DNA from: Pecten maximus
Taxonomy: Eukaryota
Direction of reading: 5' to 3'
DNA: 64,000 bases
Assembly: GCF_902652985.1 (NCBI RefSeq)
Contig: NC_047017.1
Span: 20,584,001-20,648,000 of the forward strand
Shown: in pieces, positions 23,701-36,000 of the stretch
How positions within the stretch are numbered: the stretch's first letter is position 1
Layout: each line of letters opens with the position of its first letter
Translations under genes and position numbers: made by a program
The notes under the pieces: generated by a model
What the model saw: only the letters and a program-made list of their open reading frames with translations
Databases searched by the model: none
Told to the model about the DNA's origin: nothing

Positions 23701-26261
23701 TGTCGATCTCCAATCGTTCAGATTCGTAATAAAAATAAATCACTCAAAAAACCTTGATATGTGATTTAATTATATTCATATTACATTTTATTTCTTTTTG
23801 TTCAACATATTTATATGTACTTTATTGTTTATTTTTTTTTATTGTTTCTGGGTATTGACATATTGGAATTGGATTTTATTTACATCTATGTACTTACATT
23901 TATATTTCCCCGATATGATTAAAACTGTCACGTAGGATGTCTTCATCCTGTTTTTTCAAATTCTCATTTTGTGCACCAATTAATTTACTGAATTTTTTAA
24001 AATCATAACCTCCAACATAACATTTGTAATGAAAACATGAGTAGGTTGTATTGAAATCTTTTTACTTAAACTATATTTTTATTTTGAACTATAAATGTTT
24101 GACAACCAAAGGATTAGTAGATAGAATGTATCACCCCTGCTTTGGTGATGGCCTCCTGTGTAGGTAAAAATATATATGTATATTGTTATCTGTACAAATG
24201 CCCCATACAACAATTTATCCTGCAATTGGCATCGGCATTGTTTAAATACACCCACCGTATATATTTTTGCTGTATTCGGCAGTGAAGGAAAACAGCTGTA
24301 TTTTAGAATCTTCGCAAGTGCGTCAATTTGACTGACCTACTTCTAAGTGAAGCAACGTTTAAAGGCGAACATATTTGGAACATTGTTGATGCCATTTCCC
24401 TTTAAAGTGCTAGTTTTTGATGAGTTGCAGGATAAATAGATTACATAGTCAATGTCTTAAAATATAGCTGTATTTTGGCTCGGCAATACACAGCTCATAT
24501 TTAAGACAATAACCATGTATTATCTATATAATTATCATATAAACCCCCAAACAACAATATATGTAACTTCCCCAAAGTTTCTCAATGGTTAAACTTGATC
24601 ACTATACAGAAGTAACACGACAACAGTAAACATCTTAAAACTCATAATACAGGTGTATAAAGGTACTCCAAGTGTTTATGGTTTAGAAGTGAAGTATGAG
24701 AATCTGTAGAATTTAAGTCTTTGTATTGTAATCGGAAATGGTTTTGGAGAGTACAGTACAAGTGTGAAATTTCTACAGAATTGGAACATATATAATCAGA
24801 AATTCTTGTGGACAGTATACAATTTTTTTTTTTTATGGAATTTGAGAATATAATCGGCAATGTCTATTGTGTGTACCTTGTATGGGTTTTCATCGCCATG
24901 TACCATTTATTTTTTTATCCTCTTCCCATTGATCAGCTGTTGTGGTTACCTGTTTTTACATTGTATGTTGTGACTGCTACAGCGCATTTTTTTACTTTTT
25001 TTATTAAAAGATGTTCCTCATCAATTCATAAAACAAATCAATACTTTTCATGCATAACGTTATCTAATGATGAACGAATACATGTTTTTCTGTTAATTTA
25101 GTCGGCAAAATATCTAGGGTTTTCAAAGGCAGTCAGAAGGGTCATAGTATGTATATGCCCCAGGCATCTTATATATCAGAAAGATTGTTAATGTAACGAT
25201 CGCTCAAGGTTCCATGACTAATATTGCACTTACACAAGTAATTATATGCTAGATGGACTGAAATCGTAATGCTTGTAACCATCACAGACAATTTGACTGC
25301 CATGTTTGATAGTAATGATGTATGTCGCATGCTAGTGTCATCAAACTTAGCAAAGTTATTGCGTTGGCATGTAATTGGTCCTGATGAACTTGGGTACAAA
25401 ATGTACCAGTTTCAATTTCAGCTTCAAGAAATATAGCAAAGTTGGATTACAATTTACAATCCAAAAATGTTCTATTTGTCTTACATTTCATTATACGTTT
25501 TAAAACTTAATCTGTTCTAAATATAATTATTTTTGTAATGAAATACATTAGTTTCATCAAAATGCCATATAGATGAATGGTATTGTACAGTTAATGCATC
25601 GTGACTAGGCACAAATTCCTAGCCAATGATCCATATATAAAATAACAGACTATGAACTGCGGGTCGGGAGTTTTGTGCAAAATCCCTGTTGTGTAGTAGC
25701 AGTTTTTATACTTCATATTTCTGATAAATATTCTGTACATTAAAGCAAAACGGTAGATTTTTTTCAAGAAATTGTTCTCATTATGTGTGGTCAAAATTTT
25801 TCAACAGTATGACTGAATTGATATTTGCATTTTCATCTCTTTTTTTTTTTTAGTTTCTTGTTTCGAAGACATGAAAATTTAATATGTACATGTATACTGA
25901 GCATCACTGAACAGAAACTCCTGACAAAAGTTAGGCACCTAATTATTTTTTCATAAGTGTCAATGATAAAAATTCTTTTCATGTTTAACTACTTTTAAAA
26001 CGTTTCGTATAATCCTGTATTATTTCAGACACCCCCGTAAGCAGAACAAGGTCTTCTCGTTCAATCCATCTCGCAAGGCAAGGAACTGAAATATCAACTC
26101 AGATCAATACGCCTATACCCCCAATTTTATCATCACCAAAGAAACATGATGCACAATCCCCGAGGAAACCAATTCATGATGGCCGTGTGTCTCGTCAGGG
26201 TGGCAAAAGTGGACGAACCTCTCGACAAATCAGTGCTCGAAGTGTTGTGATAGAGGGTTGA
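5785..26261 (+). CDS. CCDC175: Coiled-coil domain-containing protein 175-like, 24 coding exons, about 813 aa
   Basis: Exons: 5785-5846, 6795-6880, 7128-7239, 7412-7547, 7747-7824, 8107-8161, 8325-8423, 8568-8623, 9099-9162, 9459-9568, 9939-10020, 10360-10432, 10621-10684, 11602-11712, 12423-12494, 15668-15803, 16232-16363, 16737-16875, 18520-18599, 18900-19052, 19659-19761, 20032-20075, 21531-21693, 26029-26261. All junctions are GT-AG with compatible phases. Exon 1 needs a 1-nt correction near 5797. The protein (..VNAAVERLLELADRMRSEDFGFNEK..KEKHEQIISQLNQRMAEKASLQITLNETRDKV..) matches my recollection of vertebrate CCDC175 (..[32 protein letters not shown]..). Confidence 0.8.
11698..12305 (+). 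repeat. Tandem array (about 18 x 29-34 bp) derived from the CCDC175 exon-14 end plus splice donor
   Basis: The unit gaggagtcccacaa|gtaagtagcatgtgttccct reproduces the exon end GAG GAG TCC CAC AA|gtaagt at 11712/11713. Confidence 0.9.
12775..13250. repeat. Degenerate purine-rich minisatellite (about 10/21-bp units, atatagggcc(a)aataggggt)
   Basis: Repeated atatagggc / aataggggt motifs in CCDC175 intron 15. These explain the spurious Pro/Tyr-rich minus-strand ORFs. Confidence 0.8.
13935..14169 (+). CDS. Candidate alternative proline-rich exon of CCDC175-like (cassette 13935-14165, or terminal with TAA at 14167-14169)
   Basis: A long polypyrimidine tract and ttag acceptor precede it. Phase 2 matches the upstream exon. 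The open frame reads PIPPPPPVVELPPPSPSPPPPPPKPKKPKKNKLANYYLQTGNEPNYGPPAAPPLINVPPRPPLSSSSDDDYTDDEDG and ends GAT GG|gtaatt. Confidence 0.6.
17158..17249. repeat. Short imperfect inverted repeat (hairpin / micro-MITE)
   Basis: The arms agggacttga..ttcaa..ggtc and gacc..ttgaa..tcaagtccct flank a (TA)n centre. Confidence 0.55.
20175..20665 (+). mobile_element. tRNA-derived SINE (Meta-domain-like), near full length
   Basis: Homologous to 2950-3840. Contains gggttctgtcccctggccgagacatac, a Meta-like core, a CA-rich segment and the tail ccttaggtgaccgcagctggagataggacgtt. Confidence 0.7.
21208..21428 (-). mobile_element. tRNA-derived SINE with V-domain (V-SINE-like)
   Basis: The minus strand shows B-box-like GAGTTCGAAACC, the V-domain motif GGTTTTTCTCCGGGTACTCCGGCTTTCCTCC, and the tail TAAATGACCCTGGCTGATAATAGGACGTTAAAC followed by (AAAC)n. 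Confidence 0.75.
24437..24527. repeat. Imperfect palindrome of about 90 bp (MITE-like remnant)
   Basis: atagattacatagtcaatgtcttaaaatatagctg ... cagctcatatttaagacaataaccatgtattatctat. Confidence 0.6.
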
Positions 26262-29200
26262 TGCAAAAACTTTGTAAATATTTATTAAAATTATATATGA
26301 ATTCACTGTGATATTCTTAATGGCAAATTAAAGTATTGAGTAATGAAATTCATTTTGTTATTGTTTATATATGAACTTCATACACTGCATCTATAATACA
26401 CTGTATGTATCGATATATACCTTACCTTAGTCCCTGTGTTAGCAAACTGCAAGCACACAGCTTCTCTTGATACATAATACACCAATAACAAATATAAACG
26501 CTTCTCAAAAGTGGTCAAGAACGTAGAGAACAATAATTTGGAAAAAATTATATAATGGTATCATTAAAGAAGCATAACTCCCAGAAAATACTGATCACAT
26601 GAACCAAGTTTCATAAAATATGGTAAAACAACAAATAATACAAACATAATAACAAAACCATGCAGACTCAAAATCATTTAGATGAAGGCAAAATATATAT
26701 GCAAAAATATAGATTTGCATGAGGACTCTGAAAAAGTACAAGGAGAATAAGACAAGGTGTTCCGAAATAGTAAGAATCTTCTGCTTCATCAACGAAACCT
26801 GCCATAACAAATGCAGGTCAACTCTAGGATAAGCCACAGTCTAAAATGAGAGTTAGGGTGTTGACAACATGAACCACTAGGTATATCAACAAACATCAAA
26901 CTCTTCCGACTTCAAATCATATAAGGAATGGAATATATAGAGTGTAGGGGTTACATTAACTATATACAATTCCCCGTCTACAGATGGACACTTCAGTATA
27001 CCCATCTTAACATCATCATCTGTTACTAGGATAAACATCTGATGTTGTCACCTGTAGCTGAAAAGGATTCACATGCTACCATGGATATAGATATTTTGCA
27101 GGGGTGGTTATTCAGAAGTGTCTTGATTTCCAGCAGTAGTTTTACAGATATGCAGTATAGTTTGCAAGCTAATGCCATAAGGATAACAAAAATACCTGTC
27201 AAACATCGATGTCTTGTCTTTACACACAATCTAAAGGCTAGAGGTAAAAGGTAGGAAAAATATCGGGCGACATATTTTCTCATTGAGACATGCATCTTAG
27301 AAGTTCCTTACCAACAGCTGTCTAAAACTGACAAGAACACCACCTTGAGGTTACAAGTTGCATGGCCCTATTCAATTGCTGCAGTGCTTGGTCCAAAACT
27401 GGCTAAAGTTGCAAAAATTAAATTAAGTTCACAGAGCTCCTAAGTTATGTGGCACAACATACTATATTCTCTAAGAAACAAGAGTTTTTGAAGTTCAGTG
27501 ACTTTAGCAGCAGCACTTCATTGAATAACTACACAAAGAATGATTCTATTTCTGCAAAAATTTACTGTGGTTATCTCCCCTGGTCCTTTGCTTCGCAGTT
27601 TTAGTGTCCGAGGTATATGGAAGTGAAATTCAGAGTATTAACCACTTGAGATACCCGTTCTCCTGGGTATGGATAACACCACTTTATAGGGAGACAAAGA
27701 ATCACAAACACATAAATTGGATTCATGACCTCTCATTTAATCACCCATTCATACGGTACTGTTATTATACAGTGCACACCTGTGTATATTATATATATAT
27801 ATTAATATTATATGTATTCCAATTTAACAAAACAGGGAAAATCTAACAGAAAAAGACTAGATATTTATAGGGTGAAGGCCTTATAAATATTGTTTGAGGA
27901 ACCTTTTATCTGTAACAGTAATCTGATTAAACCTTCCCTACAATGGGGTGAATACATCTACATGTACATGTATATTTTTGTTTCATACTCTCATTTAAAT
28001 GTAAACATATGCTAGATCATTATCAACTATAATTCTAGATAAAATATTTCAGCTAAGTTTCGATAATCTTACCACTTTTCCAAGTTCTAAATACACAATC
28101 TCTTTACATAATCTTAAAAAGAAAAGATAAAAACGACTTTGACACTTTTCTGATGTCTAGACTTGAAGAGCCAAGAATGTTGTACCAGTATCTCAACTAC
28201 CTGTATACCTTAGTAACTGAATATCTATAAACAACCAAACATCTTGCATCTACTTGATGTGAACTTGGATCTACATAACTGGTAAACAACCTAACAAGAA
28301 AAAAGTACCTAACACCTACTAAAGCCAAAGAGAAGGAAATTACTAATCAATGATCAATAGAATAAATGTTTTAGCTTAACAGAAAAAAATGTATGGATTA
28401 TCAAATTTTACCCCCTCGACAGGAAGAAATGCCAAACCAAACATAGCATGAATGTTTTTTATACACTGGGTATATCATAATAGCTTAGGGGTAGATTAAA
28501 AAAGATGTTGACAAAATATTGTACATAGACTTCTAGTTATAAATAGTCATTGATGAGTATATATGATATTATAATGATGTATCTGTACAGATTACCATAT
28601 ATTTCTCAGTTGATATGGAGGGAAAATAAACATTCAAGACAGTCTTTGTACAAAGAAATAATTACAGTATATATATATGTAACCAAAACTTACCGTACAT
28701 CCGACATACAGTCATTAAAAAACAATGCTACATGTACATATATATCAAATGTAAATGGAATGGACACAGAAATTATACAAATTAGTTACGACACATACAC
28801 AATTTTCAATTTCAAGAAACAAAAGAGTATTTCACAAACGTAATGAAGCATGATCTCTCCTAAACTAAATCTACTCTATATCAAGCCACAGTATAAAGTC
28901 ATAAGGCCTTCTCAGGAGGATAATGATAATGAGCACAAAAGAAAAGGCCCAAATGGCCTGGATTTGTTGATTTATTCTTCAAATCTGCAGCTCACGCTTT
29001 TCTCAGCAAACACATGTAGTGGTAATGATAGCAAAATAAAGATGAACATTTTAAGTTTTTTTAATGTTGACATATTCTCTGGTCCCTGTGTTATCAGCAT
29101 GTTTTGACTTTCATTTCTGTTTCGCCCACATATTCACTGAACTGAAGGAAATAAAAAAATAGTTCCTGAAGTTAAGACAGTAGTGATGAATGTTTATGTA

Positions 29201-30079
29201 TAATAGGTGCTAGGAGTATAAATCATACATACAAAATAAAAATTGTACATCGTATATATGTGAGTGTTTTTGTATATAATGAATGTTTAGCAAATGTGTA
29301 ATTCTTCAAATATGAAGACTTGATACCTGTAGAATTGTGCTCATTGGTATATTTTGATTTTTTTAAACAATGTTATCTGAAATTATTCCATTATCCTTCC
29401 TAACAATGTAGATATTGCCAGTTTCTTAAATAACCAGCTACAGTCATGAGACCATCCTACTTTTGTCATTATTGTTTTCAATCGTATTTCAACAATTTAT
29501 AAGATGCATTTTATATTACAAAACATCAGTGTTTTTGTAATCACTTCTTCGATTTCTTGTTGACGATTCACTATCTGTAGGTATATTTCACTAAATGTTC
29601 ATCAACATATATGCTAATTAACACAGAAATTAAGTGTTTTATTAAATTTAAGTTATCAATTAGTTAGAAATCCATTAAATGGATCCAACCAATAATTGCA
29701 CATCAAAAAGAACACCAATATATTGTTTCACAAATATTAAGTGTGACACTAACATTGGACAATTGCGATGTAGAAAATGCACTTTAGTTTATAATCTATG
29801 CAGAAGAATGTGTGTCAACAGATGCATATCACTAATATACAAACTGCGTATCAAAATAAACACAGACATTTGTACCGAATAGTTAATTCTAAAAGCAGTG
29901 GTTTTACAAATAAATTTTAAGACACCTGCAGACATGTTCGTTCATCACACTTTGCCATAGCACTAATTTACTCGATGAAATGTTAACAATCTGGCAATGT
30001 CCTACAGCCATGATCTGGGACATTTGCCAGGTAACTTAACCCACATATCACATTCACATCACCACACTGCGAAGACACT

Positions 30080-33000
30080 TTACGCTTCTTCTTTCATGGC
30101 TGATATACAGTTCTTTAGAAGTTGTACTTGTGCCTGTGTGTAAAATAAATATTGAAAACTTCATTACATCTTCTATGCAGTAATGTGTGATTTTTACAAT
30201 CACAAAATCCTTTCAATAATCCTATTCCATAGTAGGTCAATCAAAAGTTTTTCTTTAAACATATGAAAGTCATCCCAATATAACCTGTGGGATCACTCAA
30301 AATGAAATCCAACATCAACTAATTATATAAAGTTTCCTAAAACCAGAAATTTCATCAAAGTCATTTAATGCTTGACTGTTAATACAACATTCATTCAACT
30401 TTTAGATAACTTATCCCTAAACATTAACTCTGACTCGGGGTCGAATTTGCTGCTCTTCGAAAAGGCATGCTGAAAAAAAGGTGTCTCCAAAAGATGTAAC
30501 TGCTTGAACATCAATTACATTTCATATTTGGGAAAGATCTCAAAATGTTATACAATGTATAACAAAATTAATGTTTAATTTTTCAATCATAACCTACCTT
30601 CGCATGCTTTAGTTCTAGTTCTACTAAGTCCACCAAATTCTTCCTGAAGTACTGTATCCTACGTCCCTTAAATTCTGTTAATTCTGGAATAGATATAAAC
30701 ATGTTTTTAAAGTTTGATACAACTCAGAGATCAAATGAAGTTCCTAACAGTTTAGTTCTGCGGAATTCTCTGTATTTCCTCCACATCATCAAAGTCTTGG
30801 ACCATTTACATCAAACTGAGAGGAAAACACCAGCAAGATTACCAACACTTAGAAACAGTAATTATCATTTCAGCATTCAAAATTTAAGAGGATTCAATTA
30901 TTCAATTAACTGTTTTTATCCTAAAATAAGCCCCCTTCCCTAGTGTAAAAGTTAAGTATCATAATTTGGGGAAGACATTTGTGAGCCACTTTTAGATCAC
31001 TATTTTAAAATTAATGTTTTTGCAAAAATGAAGGGGTTTTCTTGAGCCCAAGAGCTTGTTTGCGAATAAATACTGTAATTAATAAATGGTAACAAGATGT
31101 AAACAGGCAGCAATTATTAAAACATCAGAAATATTATTGATATAAAGTGGGCATCAACTTAGTGGCAATAAAATCAAATCAAGAATAAGATGAATTTTAT
31201 GTTAACTAAGATTCTGACCAAGTGAAAACACAAATATGTTGTAGTGCTCAGATCTGAAGCTTACCTTTTTTAGCTACGTCTGATATCTTTTCAAATTTCT
31301 CACAACATTGTGTTTGATGTTTTTCAGCCTGAAATATCACAAAAAAGATATTTCATGAATATTTCTATTATCATCAATGGAACTGAGTAAGTTTAACAAA
31401 TCAGACACAACATAATTACAAATTAATCTCAAAGACATTAAAGAAATACAATTAAAAAAAAAGATGAAGAAAATACCTGTGGAACGTCTTTGTTTTTAGT
31501 TCTAGCTTTTTCTAAGGCTTTGTTGGCCGACTCGTAGTCAGCGAGAGATCGTGTTCGTCTGTAGAGGAGGTCCTTGGCAGCAGCTGAATCTCTCATGTAA
31601 TATCGGAGGGTGTCACTTAACTTCAAGTCTTCATCCGAGGACACACGACCCTCCAACTTCTACAGAAAAATTACAACACTGCATTTAACAAAGTTCTGGT
31701 TATTTTATTTCTCATAATATAAATCCTGGTCTAAGACATAATTTTTAATATCTATTTATTAAATCTATCTTAACAATAAATTGATGTGCACAATATAGGC
31801 CACAATCATAATAATATTGTGATCATTTTTCATTGTGTTCCTGCAAAAAAGTATGCTGTATCTCCAACAATAAGGCAAACTTACTCTTGCTTTTTCTAAT
31901 GTCTCTGCTACTTTTGTAAACACCCTGTAAAGATAAAATCAAAGTATTAAATTAATCATTAGAATACCACTTCTATCCTTCAGGTTAAATTTCAAATTCA
32001 ATAGATTATATGAATTTGGTTGGGTTGACAAAAGATACAATTTTTTAACAATTGCTGTTCTAACACTAAGAACATACGATGAATACCAGCTAGAGAGGTC
32101 ATGATAGCTCTGAACAAACCAAGACCAAGGGAAAATTGAAGCAGTGAAGGCATGGATAACACCAACAACATTTAATATTGAAGGAGTTGAGAAGTCTTAT
32201 CCAACCGCTGCCACCAAAAATATCTATGGCATACAGGGCATCCAGTAGACATGTTTTGACTCCCCAAAATGAAATCTTTTTTAGACTTGGGTTTTAAAGG
32301 GACTGTGTATTTGACCTATGTTTTGACACTTCAGATTTCTGAGAAATAGTTATCTGACTTCTGAAATACATGTACATAAATATCAAGGGTCAATTGAATG
32401 CCATGGCATATTTGTAAAATTCCAGTGGTAAGTGAAATCTCAAACTTCAACACTTCTTATATATATTTACTACTTATAAATAATATATCATTAGTATACT
32501 TGTAGTCATCTCCTGACGAAGATTTCCACTTACTTGTCCAATTCTGTATTCTCTATTGTGGCCATCTGTACAAACCCTGAGGAAATCTGAATATAATTAT
32601 CTGCTACAGCTGAAATTCAACAAATCATTCACATATCACTTTGAAAATTACAAATTAGGATTCAATATGTGCAGAAATATAAAATAACATTTAGAATAGA
32701 AAGTTCATTACATATTATCAACGAGTGACAAGAGTATTAAAACTTTCTGTCAATTCAAGATTGACAACATTACATTAATTAATAGATTAACTAATTATTG
32801 TTAATAAAGTAACTACTGTTTTTCTCAGTCTTTATATCAGATTTCTGTTGTACATAATTAAATGTAGTAGAATAAATATTTACAGAAAGGAAAATGAATA
32901 TGACCTACTTTTATGTGCTTGTGTCATTTTATCCGACTTCAAAGTAGCATCCTTGATTTTAACATGGTATTCCACCAAAAATCCTTTTTCTTTTTCAAAG

Positions 33001-36000
33001 AAATCATCAACATCCTGTATGAAATAATCAATCAATCAAAACAAGCCAAATATCCTTTATTTTCTTTAATACCAATTACATAACTTACACACCTGTTTAC
33101 ACAAGGCACTACACATGTATTGATGACGGAGCCTATTACATGATAGAACAGGCCAGATACCAGGTATATGTGATAACTCATTAAATACAAACATTTTCTA
33201 CATTGATTACTTTCTTTTTCTATATTATGACTGTGGAAGCAAATATAACTTGTTATGTTTTTTACCTTTTGTGACGACAGTAACACCTCATCAGCTGTTT
33301 TGGTAAGACCTTTGAAGAAACCTCCAATCTTCTCTTTTCTATTCTTCCCTCGAACACTTAACTGTTGATGGAAAACAGTTATGAGATTATGTACATGTAG
33401 ATAAGTCTGAGGCCAAATTTCTCTTGTTCAGTGTAAGACAAAGTTCTCTAGTTCAATGTGAGACAAAATTCTCTAGTTCAATGTGAAACAAAGATCTCTC
33501 AATAACTGTTCTCTCGTTCCCTGTGAGACAAAATACTCTTGTTCAGTGCAAGACAAATTTCTCTAGTTCAGCATGACACAAAGTTTTTTGCTTCTTTGTT
33601 CTCTCGATCAGTTTAAGACAAAGTTCTCTAGTTCAATGTGAGAAAAATTCTCTAGTTCAATGTGAGACAAAATTCTCTAGTTCAGTGCAAGACAAAGTTC
33701 TCTAGTTCAGTGGAAGACAAAGTTCTCTAGTTAAGTGGGAGACAAAGTTCTCTAGTTCAGTGGAAGACAAAGTTCTCTAGTTCAGTGGGAGACAAAGTTC
33801 TCTAGTTAAGTGGGAGACAAAGTTCTCTAGTTAAGTGGGAGACAAAGTTCTTTAGTTAAGTCTAGGACAAATTTACAAACATAAATCTGAGACAGAGTTC
33901 TTTAGTTTAATATTAGAAATAGTCTTCTTTTTTCAATTTCAGTCAACACTACATAAAGAGCATAAAAAATATCTGAAAACAATGAAGATTCAACCAAACT
34001 TACATCTTGGTCGTATTCTAGGAAAACTTCAAAGTTGACATCAGTTCTGAGTAAAGGGTGGCCAGCTATTCGTTGGAGAAACACTTCATGCATGGCAACT
34101 GTTTTCTTGAATGTGGCAAGATATTCACTGAAACAAAATTATGGAATACAAGTATATTATATATAGATTTGTAAATATGAATAATTATAACTACATGTAT
34201 GGTACACTTACAGTAAAATATTATAGGGTAGTCTTCATGAATCATCTAAAGCTTCAGGGCTTTTTCTGGGGGCTTTTTGGGGCCGTCATTGGGCCCCATT
34301 CCCAATTGGAATTATTTAATATTTAAGCCAAATTTCCAAAACTTTTAGTTTACTCCTGAAAAAATCTTTCTCAATTCACCAATTTTCTTCCCAAAATAAG
34401 ACAAAATGGCCCTTCTCCAAATCAGTGAGAAAAAGCCCTGAGCTTCACTCCTTAATTGGTTTTCGTAATATTAACAAATTCAAATACAGTCAAACCTGTC
34501 TATAGCGACCGCCCAAGGGGAGGCAGAAAAACGGTCACTATAGACAGGTTGCCTTTATAGACAGGTCAAAATTATTGCACCAACCAATTTACTTAAAACT
34601 GCCATATATAAATTGTCATTGAACAGGGCATTCAGATACGGAAGTATAGAGGGGACATGTGGAAAAAAAAATTTATCTCGTGCGCACGACATAAAATTTA
34701 TTTTTCCTCAATAATTATGTCGTGCGCACGAGATAGTTATGTCGAGCGCACGACTTAATAGAGATAAAAAAATGTTTCCAAATGTCCCCTCTATACTTCC
34801 GTATTCAGAAGACCAGTCAGAAGTTAAATAAATGCATAAACTTTATAAATCTGAAGGGTTTAATATTTAATGATTTGTGGACCCAAACACAAAATATAAC
34901 TCAAAATGGTCTTATGGATAATTTTTTTTTTTTAAATATTTTGTTCTGAAGTAATGCTATATGTATCTATCAAATTATCTCCCTTTCCTTCATAAATAAA
35001 GAAAAGGAATACACAATAATTAATTAATTAATTATATTTGTGTCACTACTAATTATTTTGTGTTATAGTCTTACTTCCTAAAACCAAAATATTATTTTTC
35101 TGACCCAAATTGAAATCCGGATATTTGTGTCAGTTTACGACTTTTTATTAGTATTGACTAATTAAAGATGGCGGCAGTACAAACGCTAGTAGGCCGACAG
35201 CTACGATTAAGAAAGGCATTATTGGCTTTCATGTGAGTAAATCTTGTTGACAGATATGACCAGTGTTTGTTATTGAAGTGATGTATCCTAGTTGTAATCA
35301 CAAAATTAACTGACCGTGTCAAATGAAGCCACCTGTGCACAGTTGTAATGTAATACCGACACGCATGGTGACCCGACTCCTCTCTTACCGAGGCCCAGGC
35401 CAGGGCAGCTACAGTAATTATAGGCTTACAGGTGGTAGGGGTCTTTTGTTTATATACTTAGGCCAGGGTTGTGGTGGTCCTTTGTTTGTATAATCAAGCC
35501 AGGGGTCGATGTGTCTGAATTTTCCGGGGATTTTATGAGGTATCGATGACTGCCGAGATCAGAAGATGGCTGACAGAAATCGGTCGCTATAGAAAACAAA
35601 TTACCGACCGCCGTTCCGAAATCACCGGTCGTTAGCCACATTAGACAGGTAGTCGCTATACAGAGGGTCGTTATATAGTAAAATCTCACGGGGAATCTTA
35701 AAACCGGTCGTTATAGACAGGCAGTCGTTATATACAGGGGGTCGTTAGAGCAGGTTTGACTGTAATGATATGTACCTCTTCAAGTTAAGCTTGCTTACAA
35801 TCATGCAGTTTAGCACACACCTCTTACTCAGTGAAACTTACGCCACTAACTAAGTTCTACCTATGCCACTAACTCAGTTATACTTACGCCACTTCTACCT
35901 ACACCACTAACTCATTGATACTAACACCACTAACTTAGTTCTATCTACGCCACTAACTCAGTGATACTTATGCCACAAACTTAGTTCTATCTACGTCACT

